A DNA stretch of 64,000 nucleotides from Myxococcota bacterium (GTDB taxonomy: Bacteria; Myxococcota_A; Polyangia; Nannocystales; Nannocystaceae): positions 128,001 through 192,000 of the forward strand of contig JBCCHT010000013.1 in assembly GCA_039028615.1 (NCBI GenBank). Reading direction: 5' to 3'. Positions 19,744 through 30,013 of this stretch are shown here, piece after piece. Below the pieces are notes generated by a model. The model was not told where the DNA came from and did no database searches. It saw nothing but the letters and a program-made list of their open reading frames with translations. The stretch's first letter is position 1; each line of letters begins with the position of its first letter. Both the position numbers and the translations under genes were made by a program.

Positions 19744-21297
19744 TCAGGCGCGGCTGAGCAGCGGTGACCGCGAAAACGGCGACTTCGCGGGCGCGGCCAC
19801 CATGCCCGCCGCGATGGTGCCGGCGGCGAACTCCCCCTCGAGCCCGAGGCCGGGCAGGGTGAGGCGACCGGCGAAGTGCAGGTTCTTGATGCCCGAGCCG
19901 TGGGGCAGCACGCCGACCCCCAGGCTGGGTTCACCGTCGACCCCGTAGATGGCGGTCATCGGCAACTGCATGGCGGTGCCGGGCGGCAGGTCGGAGCGGG
20001 GGCGGCCGCGACCGTTTTCCGCTTCGCGACCGTCGTGGGGCGAGTGCAGCAGGCTCAGGTGCTCGCGGCAGAAGGGCAGCACCCCGCGGGCATCGAGCTC
20101 CTCGAGGATGCGCTCGCGCAGCGTGGACAGGTCCTCGCGCGGCGCGATGATGCGGGTGATGGACAGGCGACGGTGTCCCTCCCGCGAGCCCGGGCTCATG
20201 CGCAGATAGGTGTGGCCCACGCCGTGGGCGGCCCAGGTGGCACGGGAGGCCGAGTCGGCGGGCGTGATGGGATGGTCGGGCGCGGGCACGCAGATGGCGG
20301 TGCCGGCCAAGGCGGGAGACAGCCCCCGCTCGTCGATCTCCGCGTGCATCACGAACCGATAGGCCACGGGCATGATCGCCTGCGCGGTGGTGGCCAGCGG
20401 CTTGGGAATGTACTCGGGCGCGAGCATCCCCTCGACCAGGCGGCGGGGCTCGGTGGCCACGATCATGTGGCCGCAGCCGTAGTGGTCGCGCTTGCCCAGC
20501 AAGCTCAGGCCCACCACCTTGCCGCGCTTGATGCGAAGCTCGGCGACCCGTAGGTCGGGCTTGATCTCGCCCGAGTGCAGCTCGATACGCTGGAGCAGGG
20601 CCTTGCGGATCTGGGGGAGCCCCTTGGGCACGTCGCCCGGGCCCCGGGCCCACAACCCGGCCAGCCGCAGGCGCGCCGCCTTGCCGAGCTGTACCGGGCT
20701 CAGGTGCTGCAGCCAGGGCTCGATGGCCCGCGTGGCGTCGCGCAGCGGGTGGTCGGTGGCCAGCGGCTCGAGCTCGTCGACGTCGCGGGCGGGCAGCTGG
20801 CTCTCGACGCGGGACAGGAAGCGACGGCTCCAGAACCCATCGGCCACCAGCGCGTTGTCGCTGGTGAGCAGTTGGTCGAGCATGTCGTCGGTGGCGGAGA
20901 TCCAGCGGTCGCGCAGGGCCCAGGCCTCGCTCACCGGGTCGTCGGGCCACTCTCGCGCCGTCTCTTGGGCGAAGCGACCCAGGGGCGGCTGCACGTCGAG
21001 GCGCTGGCCGGGCAGCACCCAGTGCACCATGCCGTCGATGAGCCCGTGGTCGCGGCGAATCTGCTGCCACAGCCCCAGCTCTTGAAACACGCGATGCACG
21101 GCCGGCGTGCCCATGTGAACCACGGGCGCGGTGTCCAGCGGCATCACCAGGTTGCCCAGGCGCACGCTGCCCTCGGCCGGCCCGTGCGGCATGACCAGCA
21201 CCCGCTTGTTGCGGCGCGCCACCAGGGCGGCCGCCACCAACCCGGCCACGTCTTGGCCGATGACGACGAGGTCGTAGTGGTTGGTGGTCTGCGCCAA
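19744..21297 (-). CDS. Phytoene desaturase-like FAD-dependent oxidoreductase fold protein
   Basis: N-terminal YDLVVIGQDVAGLVAAALVA (degenerate dinucleotide motif); C-terminal IKNLHFAG...PGLGLEG; TTG start. Confidence 0.65.
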   Translation of the reverse strand: MAQTTNHYDLVVIGQDVAGLVAAALVARRNKRVLVMPHGPAEGSVRLGNLVMPLDTAPVVHMGTPAVHRVFQELGLWQQIRRDHGLIDGMVHWVLPGQRLDVQPPLGRFAQETAREWPDDPVSEAWALRDRWISATDDMLDQLLTSDNALVADGFWSRRFLSRVESQLPARDVDELEPLATDHPLRDATRAIEPWLQHLSPVQLGKAARLRLAGLWARGPGDVPKGLPQIRKALLQRIELHSGEIKPDLRVAELRIKRGKVVGLSLLGKRDHYGCGHMIVATEPRRLVEGMLAPEYIPKPLATTAQAIMPVAYRFVMHAEIDERGLSPALAGTAICVPAPDHPITPADSASRATWAAHGVGHTYLRMSPGSREGHRRLSITRIIAPREDLSTLRERILEELDARGVLPFCREHLSLLHSPHDGREAENGRGRPRSDLPPGTAMQLPMTAIYGVDGEPSLGVGVLPHGSGIKNLHFAGRLTLPGLGLEGEFAAGTIAAGMVAAPAKSPFSRSPLLSRA

Positions 21298-21311
21298 TGA
21301 ACGATCCGGCT

Positions 21312-22376
21312 TCAGGAAATGAAGGTCACGGCGGGGGCATCGGCCCCACGCGAGACCACGCGGCCCACCCGGTGGCTGGGCTCGTCGACGGACTGCAACG
21401 CGGCTTCCACCGCGTCGATTCCATCGGGGTCGACGGCGAGCAGCATCCCGATGCCGCAGTTGAAGGTGCGCCGCATCTCGTCCTCATCGACGCCCTGAGC
21501 GGCAATGGCGCCAAAGATCGGCGGTCGTTCGATCTCGCGGAGATCCAGCTCCATGCCCATGGCGTCGGGCAGCACGCGCGGCGGGTTCTCGATCAGCCCG
21601 CCGCCCGTGATGTGAGCCGCCGCGTGCAGCGGGCTGCCGGGCAGACCGGTGATGGCGGCAAAGGCCCGGGCGTAGATCCGCGTGGGCACGAGCAAGGCGT
21701 CGGCCACCGACTGGCCGTTTGCGCCCGGCAGCGGGTCGTCGAAGCTCAGGCCGGCGTGCTTGGGGTCGAGCAGCGCCTTGCGGGCCAGGCTGTAGCCGTT
21801 GGAGTGCAGCCCGGAGGAGGGCAGGGCGAGCACGATGTCGCCTTCGCGCACGCGCTCGGGGCCCAACACGGCCGAACGCTCGACCACGCCCACCGCGAAG
21901 GCGGCCAGATCATAGTGGTCTTCGGCGTACATGCCGGGGAGCTCGGCCGTCTCGCCGCCCAGCAGGGCGCAGCTCGACTGCTGGCACCCCTCGACGATCC
22001 CGGCCACCAGGGCCTCGATGCGGTGGGGGCGGAGCTGGTCGCAGGCGATGTAATCCAGCAAGAACAAGGGCTTGGCCCCGCACACGAGCAGGTCGTTCAC
22101 GCTCATCGCCACCAGGTCGATCCCGACCGTGTCGTGGCGATCGGTGGCGATCGACACGAGCAGCTTGGTGCCGACCCCGTCCGTGCAGGAGACCAGCAGC
22201 GGCTCCTTCATGCCCGGGGGCAGGCCCATCATCCCGGCGAAGCCGCCGATGTCCGAGACCTGCTCTGGTCGCCGGGTCTTGGCGACCATGGCCGAGATCC
22301 GCCGTACGGCCTCGTTTCCGGCCTCGATGTCGACCCCTGCGTCTCGGTAGGAAAGGCCCTCGTCCTCGTCCGCCAT
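21312..22376 (-). CDS. purM: Phosphoribosylformylglycinamidine cyclo-ligase (AIR synthetase)
   Basis: SYRDAGVDIEAGN, IGGFAG, TDGVGTK, GIDLVAMSVND, GGETAELPG, SSGLHSNGYSL, HITGGG, RTFNCGIG. Confidence 0.97.
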   Translation of the reverse strand: MADEDEGLSYRDAGVDIEAGNEAVRRISAMVAKTRRPEQVSDIGGFAGMMGLPPGMKEPLLVSCTDGVGTKLLVSIATDRHDTVGIDLVAMSVNDLLVCGAKPLFLLDYIACDQLRPHRIEALVAGIVEGCQQSSCALLGGETAELPGMYAEDHYDLAAFAVGVVERSAVLGPERVREGDIVLALPSSGLHSNGYSLARKALLDPKHAGLSFDDPLPGANGQSVADALLVPTRIYARAFAAITGLPGSPLHAAAHITGGGLIENPPRVLPDAMGMELDLREIERPPIFGAIAAQGVDEDEMRRTFNCGIGMLLAVDPDGIDAVEAALQSVDEPSHRVGRVVSRGADAPAVTFIS

Positions 22377-22568
22377 GTTCGCCGTGTCTCCTGCCGCGTC
22401 AACGGCTTCACACCGGCCGCGAACGGCCGAGCTTCCGCCGCTTTGGGCGGTTCGCCAGTTGGGCTTGGGCCCAATAGCAGGCCCCGGGGGCCGCCGTCCA
22501 CGCTTCTGGTGGCCCGCGTCTCGCGCCCTGCCCATGGCCGCCGATTTGGGCTAGAACCCGCCTCGAAC

Positions 22569-23495
22569 ATGGCCTGGTGGCGACGCAAAAAAGACGCCCT
22601 CGAGAAGGACGCGACCAAGTCCAAGACCTCGGTTCCCAAGGGATTGTGGTCCAAGTGCGAGTCCTGCGGTGAAATCACCTACACCCAGGAACTCATCGCC
22701 AACCTCCGAGTCTGCCCGGTGTGCCAACACCACGCGCCGATGCCGACCGCGGAGCGAATCGCGGCGACCATCGACGAGGGCACTTGGGAGGTCCTCGACG
22801 AGGATCTGCGCTCGGGCGACCCCCTGGAGTTCGTGGACTCCAAGCCCTACGCGGAGCGCTTGGTCAAAGCCCATCGCAACGCCGGCCCGGCCGATGCCTT
22901 CGTGTCCGGCCTGGGCGACATCGACGGGGTTCCGGTCAGCGCGGGCTTCTTCGCCTTCGAGTTCATGGGCGGCTCCATGGGCTCGGTGGTGGGGGAAAAG
23001 TGCACCCGGGTGTTCGAGCGAGCTCTCGAGCACGAGCGCCCCGCCATCGTGTTCTCGGCCTCGGGCGGCGCCCGCATGCAGGAGGGCGTGCTCTCCTTGA
23101 TGCAGATGGCCAAGACCTCGGCCGCCCGCGGTCGCCTGCGCGACAAGGGGCTGCCCTATATCTCCGTGGTCCTGCACCCCACCACGGGTGGCGTGGCGGC
23201 GAGCTTCTCGATGCTCGGTGACATCATCATCGCCGAGCCCAAGGCGCTGGTCGGCTTCGCCGGACCTCGCGTCATCCAGCAGACCATCGGCCAGGACCTG
23301 CCGAAGGGCTTCCAGCGGGCCGAGTTCCTGCTCGAGCACGGCATGCTCGACCGCATCGTGCCCCGGCTCGAGATGGTCGAGCAGCTGGGCACGCTGCTGC
23401 GGCTGCTCCAGGGCGCGCCTCCGCGTCCGCCGAGGCCCGACGAGCCGAGCAGCTCGACCTCGACCGGCCAGGCTCCAATCGAGCGCGCGCCGTGA
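22569..23495 (+). CDS. accD: Acetyl-CoA carboxylase carboxyltransferase beta subunit
   Basis: PKGLWSKCESC..VCPVC Zn finger, FMGGSMGSVVGEK, SGGARMQEG, PTTGGVAASF, GFAGPRVI. Confidence 0.97.
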   Translation: MAWWRRKKDALEKDATKSKTSVPKGLWSKCESCGEITYTQELIANLRVCPVCQHHAPMPTAERIAATIDEGTWEVLDEDLRSGDPLEFVDSKPYAERLVKAHRNAGPADAFVSGLGDIDGVPVSAGFFAFEFMGGSMGSVVGEKCTRVFERALEHERPAIVFSASGGARMQEGVLSLMQMAKTSAARGRLRDKGLPYISVVLHPTTGGVAASFSMLGDIIIAEPKALVGFAGPRVIQQTIGQDLPKGFQRAEFLLEHGMLDRIVPRLEMVEQLGTLLRLLQGAPPRPPRPDEPSSSTSTGQAPIERAP

Positions 23496-23505
23496 GCCAC
23501 GCTCC

Positions 23506-24726
23506 GTGAGCGACACGGCCGCTTGGGAGGCGCTGTTTGCCCGCCGCACGTTTGGCGTGCGGCTGGGGCTGTCGATCGTTCAAGGGGTCTTCGAGGCCTT
23601 GGGGCGACCGGGGCAGGGGACCCCGGCCATCCACATCGTGGGCACCAACGGCAAGGGCTCCACGGCCGCGCTGATGGAGCACGCCCTACGAAGCCGGGGC
23701 TGGCGCACGGGGCTGTACACCAGCCCGCACCTGCACCGCGTGGGTGAGCGGGTGCGGCTCGACGGCGAGCCGGTCTCCGACGAGCGACTCGAGCGGCATG
23801 TCGATCGCGTGCTGGCCACCGAGCCCGGGCTCTCGCTGGAGCGGCCGCTGTCATTCTTCGAGGTGCTCACCCTGGCCGCGCTGGACCTGATGGCCCAGGC
23901 CCCGGTCGACATCGCGATCGTGGAGGCCGGCCTCGGGGGGCGCCTGGATGCCACCCGCGTCGTGGATGCACGGGCGGTGGCGGTGGCTTCGATCGCGCGG
24001 GACCACGAGGCCATGCTCGGCTCGACGCTCACCGCCATCGCGACGGAAAAAGCGGCCGTGCTGCGACGGGGGGTGCCGACGTTCAGTGCGGCCCAAGACC
24101 CCGAGGCGGCGGCCGTGTTGGAGCGGCGAGCGACCGAGGTGGGCAGTGAGCTCCACTGGGTGTCGCCGCTGCCCGAGGCGCCGCGGGGGCTACCCGGCGT
24201 GCATCAGCGGGCCAACGCCGCGGTGGCGCTGGCGACCGCGCAGGTCTTCGAGCCCACGCTGACCGCGGCCGACCTCGACGGGGTGACCTGGCCCGGTCGG
24301 CTCGAGCCCATGGCGACCGGCGGCGGCACGCTGGTCTTCGACGTGGCCCACAACCCGGCCGGCATTCGAGCGATGGTCGACGCGGTGCGGCAAGGCGCGG
24401 TGGCGATGCCGGGCTTGGTGGTGTTCGGCTGCCAGGCGGACAAGGACGCCGCCGCGATGGTCGAGACCCTGGCCGAGTTGGGGCAGCAGCGCTGGTGGGT
24501 GAACCCCACGCCCACCGATGTGCCGCCCTCGCTGCCGTCGGAGCACTGGCCGCGGCGCTTCGAGGCCGCGCTCGATCCGGCCCTCGTCGATGGCATCGCG
24601 GCACACCTGGCGCGAGGCGAGACGGTGCTCGTGTGCGGCTCGCACCGCGTCGTCGGCAGCCTTCGTGGCTGGGCCCGCGGAGCGGACCGCCCGCCGGAGC
24701 CGAGCGATCCGCGCCCGACCGGGTAG
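23506..24726 (+). CDS. folC: Dihydrofolate synthase / folylpolyglutamate synthase
   Basis: HIVGTNGKGST, YTSPHL, EAGLGGRLDAT, WPGRLE, DVAHNP, CGS; follows accD. Confidence 0.95.
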   Translation: MSDTAAWEALFARRTFGVRLGLSIVQGVFEALGRPGQGTPAIHIVGTNGKGSTAALMEHALRSRGWRTGLYTSPHLHRVGERVRLDGEPVSDERLERHVDRVLATEPGLSLERPLSFFEVLTLAALDLMAQAPVDIAIVEAGLGGRLDATRVVDARAVAVASIARDHEAMLGSTLTAIATEKAAVLRRGVPTFSAAQDPEAAAVLERRATEVGSELHWVSPLPEAPRGLPGVHQRANAAVALATAQVFEPTLTAADLDGVTWPGRLEPMATGGGTLVFDVAHNPAGIRAMVDAVRQGAVAMPGLVVFGCQADKDAAAMVETLAELGQQRWWVNPTPTDVPPSLPSEHWPRRFEAALDPALVDGIAAHLARGETVLVCGSHRVVGSLRGWARGADRPPEPSDPRPTG

Positions 24727-24807
24727 GGCGCGGCGCGGCCCGAGAGCGCGGGCGCGATGCGGCGGATCTTTGGATAAGCCCCGCGCGCCCGGCTATTCTG
24801 TGCAGCG

Positions 24808-25656
24808 ATGGGATCTCGGATGAATGCCGTCTCGTTGTTGGCGCTCGGCCTCGGCCTGGGTAGTGCCATTCCCGATGCCGAGGCGGCCCCGTCCACCCCT
24901 CCGCCTCCGAATGCGCGGAACAACACTCCGCCGCCGCCGGGCAACTCGAGCGCGAATCCGTTCTTGCCCACGCAGCCGGGGTCCACGGGCGGGACCGCTC
25001 GGAGCCCGTCGCCGAGCCCCACGCCTCCGCCGCCCACCGCCCCGCCGCCTCCGAGCGGCAACCAGCCGCCCCCGGGAGTCGACGGCCCCCAGACCGAGCT
25101 CGAGCCGCCGCCTCCGCCCCAGGATCTCTCGCATACGTGGGGCTACTCGAAGTCGTCGTCGCTCAAGCCCCGCTACGTGCGGGCCAACGATCCGACTCTC
25201 GCCGCGCCGAATCCCGTCGGCTTCTATTCGGGGGTCTCGCTTCAGGGCAACCACGTCCCGCCGCTCCCGGCGAAGAAGCTCGGCCAGACGCCGGCCAAAA
25301 TGACGTGGACCGGCTTCGAGCGCACCGAGACCGGCTCTCGGGTGTTCTTCCAGCTCTCGGCCGAAGCCGCCCACGAGCTGAACACCTCCAAGAACGGGCT
25401 CGTGCTCAAGCTTCGGATTCGCAACACGCGGGTCAACGTCAAGAACAACCGCCGACGCCTGGATCTGCGCTACTTCAAGACGCCCGTCCGCGAGGTCAAG
25501 GTCCGCCACAAGGGCCGCGACACGGTGGCCACGATCCACCTCAAGCGCACGGCGAGTCCCTCGGTCCGCATCATCGACAGCAACGCCGGCTACAAGCTGC
25601 TGGTGGTCGACTTCACGCATGCCGGACCCGAGCGTCCGTCTCCGCCCGCGTCCTAG
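24808..25656 (+). CDS. Secreted Pro-rich protein with C-terminal AMIN-like domain
   Basis: Signal peptide, long PPP linker, WTGFE..GSRVFFQLS...NNRRRLDLRYFKTPV beta-rich domain. Confidence 0.7.
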   Translation: MGSRMNAVSLLALGLGLGSAIPDAEAAPSTPPPPNARNNTPPPPGNSSANPFLPTQPGSTGGTARSPSPSPTPPPPTAPPPPSGNQPPPGVDGPQTELEPPPPPQDLSHTWGYSKSSSLKPRYVRANDPTLAAPNPVGFYSGVSLQGNHVPPLPAKKLGQTPAKMTWTGFERTETGSRVFFQLSAEAAHELNTSKNGLVLKLRIRNTRVNVKNNRRRLDLRYFKTPVREVKVRHKGRDTVATIHLKRTASPSVRIIDSNAGYKLLVVDFTHAGPERPSPPAS

Positions 25657-25784
25657 CCGAGCACGACGCCTCGCGATCGACGAGCCCGCTTCGCATCAGC
25701 GAGGTCGGGGCGTCGTTGCGTGCGATCGATGATCGACGAGCATCGTGCGCCCGCCATCACGACACCCGGTGGCGACAGAGGCGA

Positions 25785-26375
25785 CTAGCGCCCGTCGTCG
25801 TCGGCTTGGTTGTTGCGCCACAGGCCCGCGACCAGCGTGCCGACGGCTGCCACCGCGCCGATGACCGGGGTGCCCAGCAGCGGTCCCGCGGCCGCCATAC
25901 CGAGCGCAGCGAGGGCCCAGCGGTGCCGCGCGATGCGAGCGATGCGAGCGTTGCGAGCCAGCCCCGCAATGACCACGGCGAGCTGTGCTTCCTCTTCCGG
26001 GGCTAAAGGCTTTGCTTGAAGCCTTGCGGGTAAGTGCTGGTGATTCTGAAACAAAAGTCGAGTGGCGATGTGGTTGAGCCGCGACAGCTCGGCGTCGGGC
26101 CGGGGCTCGGTGGCCATGACGAAGGGCAGGGCCAAGGTGCGGATCCGAGGGTTGTAGATCCGGGCGCGGGACAACGAGGTGACCGCTTCGGCGATGAGGC
26201 TGCGGGCCTGGTTGGCGCGCCAGCGTCGGTCGCCGTTGTCGTTGGTGTCCTCGAGACACAGCAACGCCATCGCCAAGGCATCGGCGGCGGCTTCGAGATG
26301 AGGGCGGGCCCGGGCGTCGGCGCCCACGTCGCGATACGCGTGGTCGAGCCGAAGGGTATGGGGCAGCGCGGTCAT
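25785..26375 (-). CDS. Hypothetical protein with C-terminal hydrophobic hairpin
   Basis: Protein-like ORF filling the gap between convergent genes; C-terminal WALAALGMAAAGPLLGTPVIGAVAAVGTLVAGLW. Confidence 0.55.
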   Translation of the reverse strand: MTALPHTLRLDHAYRDVGADARARPHLEAAADALAMALLCLEDTNDNGDRRWRANQARSLIAEAVTSLSRARIYNPRIRTLALPFVMATEPRPDAELSRLNHIATRLLFQNHQHLPARLQAKPLAPEEEAQLAVVIAGLARNARIARIARHRWALAALGMAAAGPLLGTPVIGAVAAVGTLVAGLWRNNQADDDGR

Positions 26376-26530
26376 CGAATGAACTTGGGGTGAACGGGCC
26401 CACCGCGTGACAGGCCTCATTACTCAAGTTAGGTGATGAAACTGCCTGCGGCCACCGTTGGGGTGACCGTTTCGACGCCCAAAAGTGGCCGCTGATTCTC
26501 TCGTTGTCGGGTCAATCGACCCGGTCGGGT

Positions 26531-27436
26531 CTAAGTGTCGTCTTCAGACCCCGGCGACGGCGGCGTGGACTGCCGCTCCTGCGCCTTGGCTTCGTTCCAG
26601 AAGCCGTCGAGGACCTCGAGACCCGCCGTCGAAGGATCGATCGACTTCTCGTGGCAACGCTGCATGACGCCCGCAAAACGTCGCTCGAACTTGGCGTTGG
26701 CCGAGCGCAGCGCGTCCTCGGCTTCGATGCCCAGCTTTTGTCCCACGCGAACCATGACGAACAGGAGATCGCCGAACTCCTCGGCCACCTGCTCCGGCGT
26801 CCCTTCGGCGCGGGCCTGCTCGAGCTCGTCCCACTCTTCGCGCACCTTGGCCAGCGCGCCGTCGATCGTCGGCCAGTCGAAGCCGATGTGGGCCGCCTTG
26901 TCTTGCAGTCGCCACGCGCGTTGCAGCGCGGGCAGTCCCTTGGGCACGCCGCCCAGGGGATCGGCCGGACCGTCGCTGCCGCGCTCGGCCTCCTTGATCG
27001 CCGCCCATTGGCGCGCGACCTCGTCCGCGGAGAGTGCGCGCTGTTCCTCGGTGCCGAACACGTGGGGGTGTCGGCGCAGCATCTTGGAGCGAATCGCCTC
27101 GATGACGCCCTCGAGATCGAAGTGCCCCTGTCGCTCCCGCAGCGCCGACTGGAACACCACCTGGAACAAGAGATCGCCCAGCTCGGTGCGATGGGCGCCA
27201 GGGTCGTGCATCGCCTCGAGAACTTCATGCGCCTCCTCGAGCAAATAGGGGCGCAGGGTGTCGAGGGTCTGGGCCTTGTCCCAGGGACAGCCGTGTTCGG
27301 GATCGAGCAGCCGGTCCATCAGGTCGCGGAGCCCGTCCATGCCGTCGCGAAGGCCCGCCTCACGATAATCGGGCACGGTCACCTCGGGCGTGGAAGCGGC
27401 CGTCGACGGCGGAGCGGAGCGGGGCGCGTCGGTCAT
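26531..27436 (-). CDS. mazG: Nucleoside triphosphate pyrophosphohydrolase MazG
   Basis: GCPWDKAQT, EEAHEV, ELGDLLFQVVF, RRHPHVF, GFDW, EEFGDLLF, ANAKFERRF. Confidence 0.95.
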   Translation of the reverse strand: MTDAPRSAPPSTAASTPEVTVPDYREAGLRDGMDGLRDLMDRLLDPEHGCPWDKAQTLDTLRPYLLEEAHEVLEAMHDPGAHRTELGDLLFQVVFQSALRERQGHFDLEGVIEAIRSKMLRRHPHVFGTEEQRALSADEVARQWAAIKEAERGSDGPADPLGGVPKGLPALQRAWRLQDKAAHIGFDWPTIDGALAKVREEWDELEQARAEGTPEQVAEEFGDLLFVMVRVGQKLGIEAEDALRSANAKFERRFAGVMQRCHEKSIDPSTAGLEVLDGFWNEAKAQERQSTPPSPGSEDDT

Positions 27437-27470
27437 GACGGGCGGCTTCTACCACGGCGTCGCTGGGGCA

Positions 27471-28622
27471 ATGAGCCCCAACGAGCGTTCAATGCGCGGA
27501 TGGAGCGTGCTACCGTCGAAGGGCGGACGCGGGCCTTTGTGCGGCGTCCCGAAGCCCCCCGATTTGTCTGCCCACGAAAAGCTCACCTTCGACGAGCGAG
27601 ACCCTCTGCAGCTCATGCTCCAGGCGGTCGTAGGCCCCGACGGAGCGGCCGCGACCCTGGAGCGAGACACGGGAACCAAGCTCCATGTCCGCGGCAGCGA
27701 GGTCATGGTCGACGGCCCCGAGGCGCCGCTGGTCGCTCGACTCCTTCGCCAACTGTACGGGCTGGCGCGCGCCGGTCACCCCGTGGAGGCCAGCGACGTC
27801 GGTCGTGCGCTCGAGGTGCTGCGCCACAGCGCCGACGTCGAGCTCCGCGAGGTCTTCCAGGACGTCATCTTGGTCCGACCCGCCGACGGCCGCGGCATCA
27901 TGCCGCGAAGCCTGGCCCAAAAGCGCTACGTCAGCGCCATGCGGACCCATACGCTGAGCTTCGGCGTAGGCCCGGCCGGTACTGGCAAGACCTACCTGGC
28001 CGTCGCCATGGCGGCCCGGGCCCTGGCCGACAAGCAGGTCCGCCGCATCATCCTGTCCCGCCCCGCCATCGAAGCGGGCGAGCGTCTCGGGTTCTTGCCC
28101 GGCACGCTCGAGGACAAGATCAGCCCCTATCTGCGGCCGCTATACGACGCGCTGTACGAGATGTTCGCGCCCGAGAAGGTCATGCGGATGCTCGAGCAGC
28201 GGGTCCTCGAGATTGCCCCGCTGGCCTACATGCGCGGCCGGACGCTCAACGATGCGTTCGTCATCCTCGACGAGGCGCAGAACACCACCCGGGAGCAGAT
28301 GAAGATGTTCCTGACCCGGATCGGCGCCAATACCAAGGCGGTGGTCACGGGCGACCCCTCGCAGGTCGACCTCGGCTCGGGGCAGCGCAGCGGTCTTTCA
28401 CACGCGCTCCGGTTGCTGCGCAACGTCGACGCGGTCTCGATCTGCCGCTTCACCAAGACCGACGTCATGCGCCACCCGCTGGTGCAGGCGATCATCGAGG
28501 CCTACGACGAAGACGACGCGCGGCGTCGGTCCAATGGCCACCGCGCCGCGCACGACAACGGTGACGGCAAGCGGCGGCGCGAGGCCGAGCATGCGCCCGC
28601 TCGCCATCCCGAGACACGCTGA
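27471..28622 (+). CDS. phoH: PhoH-family ATPase (YbeZ-like); start uncertain (27471-27564)
   Basis: GPAGTGKTYLA, RPAIEAGERLGFLPG, IAPLAYMRGRTL, ILDEAQN, TGDPSQVDL, DVMRHPLV. Confidence 0.93.
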   Translation: MSPNERSMRGWSVLPSKGGRGPLCGVPKPPDLSAHEKLTFDERDPLQLMLQAVVGPDGAAATLERDTGTKLHVRGSEVMVDGPEAPLVARLLRQLYGLARAGHPVEASDVGRALEVLRHSADVELREVFQDVILVRPADGRGIMPRSLAQKRYVSAMRTHTLSFGVGPAGTGKTYLAVAMAARALADKQVRRIILSRPAIEAGERLGFLPGTLEDKISPYLRPLYDALYEMFAPEKVMRMLEQRVLEIAPLAYMRGRTLNDAFVILDEAQNTTREQMKMFLTRIGANTKAVVTGDPSQVDLGSGQRSGLSHALRLLRNVDAVSICRFTKTDVMRHPLVQAIIEAYDEDDARRRSNGHRAAHDNGDGKRRREAEHAPARHPETR

Positions 28623-28628
28623 CGCCGT

Positions 28629-29600
28629 TCAGCCGCGGCGTGCCGCTTCGCGGGCCCCGTCGCGCACGGGGGTGGTGCCGACGAAGCGCTGCACCGCCGC
28701 GTACGCGTTGTCCTGGAAGGCCTCGTTGCCGAGGTCCTCGAATAGGGGCGTTTGCTCGACGAGCGGGCCGCTGGTGGTGTTGCCCGCGCTCGCATAGAAC
28801 CCGCCGCTCTTGTACGTGCTCGGATCGGCGAGCACCTCGAGGTAGCGCCGCGCCCCCACGTCGATCCCGTGCGCACGGCCGAAGGCGGTGAGCATGGGGA
28901 ACGCCACGTACTTGTAGAGAAAGCGCAAGGCGGCGGGGAGCTGGTCGGGCCCGTTGGTCCCGCGGGTGGCCCCGGGGCTGACGGTCACGAAGCGCAGCTG
29001 GGGGTGACGCCGGGCCATGGCCGACATCCACATCGTGCCCACGTACTTCACCACGCCGTACGCGGCCATCGCATCGAGGCCGTCGAACCACGAGCCGTTG
29101 ACGATGGAGGCGAACTCCTGCTCCGAGGACGAGCGCAGGTCGGGGGCCGGGATGCGCATATAGGGCACGCCGCGGGTGGCCTCGGTGCCCGCAAACAGGA
29201 CGGTCGAGGAGACCTTGCCCTTGTGCAGGAGCGCTTCGGTCAGCGCGACGTGGCCGAGCACGTTGAACGCGAACAGCTCGAGCACGCCGTCGGCGGTGGT
29301 GCTCATGGCGTTGGGGCCTCCGGCCCCGCCCGCGTTCAGGAGCACCGCGTCCACGGGCTCGGGGAGGACCTCCGCGGCCGCCCGGGCCGACTCGAGGTCG
29401 TTGAGATCGAAGATGAGTAGCTCGAAGATCGAGCGGCCGGTCGCGTCCTCGAGGCTCCGCTTGGCCTCGCGTGCTCGCTGCTCGTTACGGGCGCCGAGAT
29501 AGATCTTGGTGATCGAGGGGTCGAGCGCGAGCTGGCGTGCGGCTTCTTTGCCGAGGCCCGCGTTCGCTCCGGTGATGAGGACGGTCTTGATGGTGGCCAT
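28629..29600 (-). CDS. SDR-family NAD(P)-dependent oxidoreductase
   Basis: ITGANAGLGKEAA, LNAG, YGVVK (YxxxK), VSPG. Confidence 0.9.
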   Translation of the reverse strand: MATIKTVLITGANAGLGKEAARQLALDPSITKIYLGARNEQRAREAKRSLEDATGRSIFELLIFDLNDLESARAAAEVLPEPVDAVLLNAGGAGGPNAMSTTADGVLELFAFNVLGHVALTEALLHKGKVSSTVLFAGTEATRGVPYMRIPAPDLRSSSEQEFASIVNGSWFDGLDAMAAYGVVKYVGTMWMSAMARRHPQLRFVTVSPGATRGTNGPDQLPAALRFLYKYVAFPMLTAFGRAHGIDVGARRYLEVLADPSTYKSGGFYASAGNTTSGPLVEQTPLFEDLGNEAFQDNAYAAVQRFVGTTPVRDGAREAARRG

Positions 29601-30013
29601 GGGCTGCTCCGGGTTTCGAGACGCTCCATGCTCCGGGGCGGTTACGACGGGGGCGTGGTCGCTCGCGTCCCAGCATCGTTGCGCTCATGCGACGGTCGGT
29701 TCTGGGCCGGCACCGGGCGCAGACCGATCGCTACGCGGGTCGTGTCTGGAGTCTCGCAAAGTGCCGTCGACGACGGCCCGTGGTTTGCTCGTCGCGGCGT
29801 ACCGCCGGGTCTCGGGGGCTCGGGGAGCGAGGGGCAGGCCGCGTGAGCCCACCGACACGGCGAAAAATCGCGTGATCCCGACGCATTGAGCGACTCGCCG
29901 GAGGCGCATCGCGGGCGGCCCCGGGTGGGGTTAGGCTCCTCGGCCCGCCGCCACTCGTACTCCGCGAGGGCAGGCCCCAAACCGACCTTCGCCCGAACAG
30001 GCCCACCGCTTTC

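Noticed and set aside
21297..22568. Apparent 420-aa N-terminal extension of AccD
   Set aside because: It is the antisense of purM; AccD homology starts at ATG 22569
29601..30013. 413-bp intergenic region between divergent SDR and tldD as a possible ncRNA or riboswitch
   Set aside because: No recognisable RNA motif or convincing small ORF; consistent with a divergent promoter region
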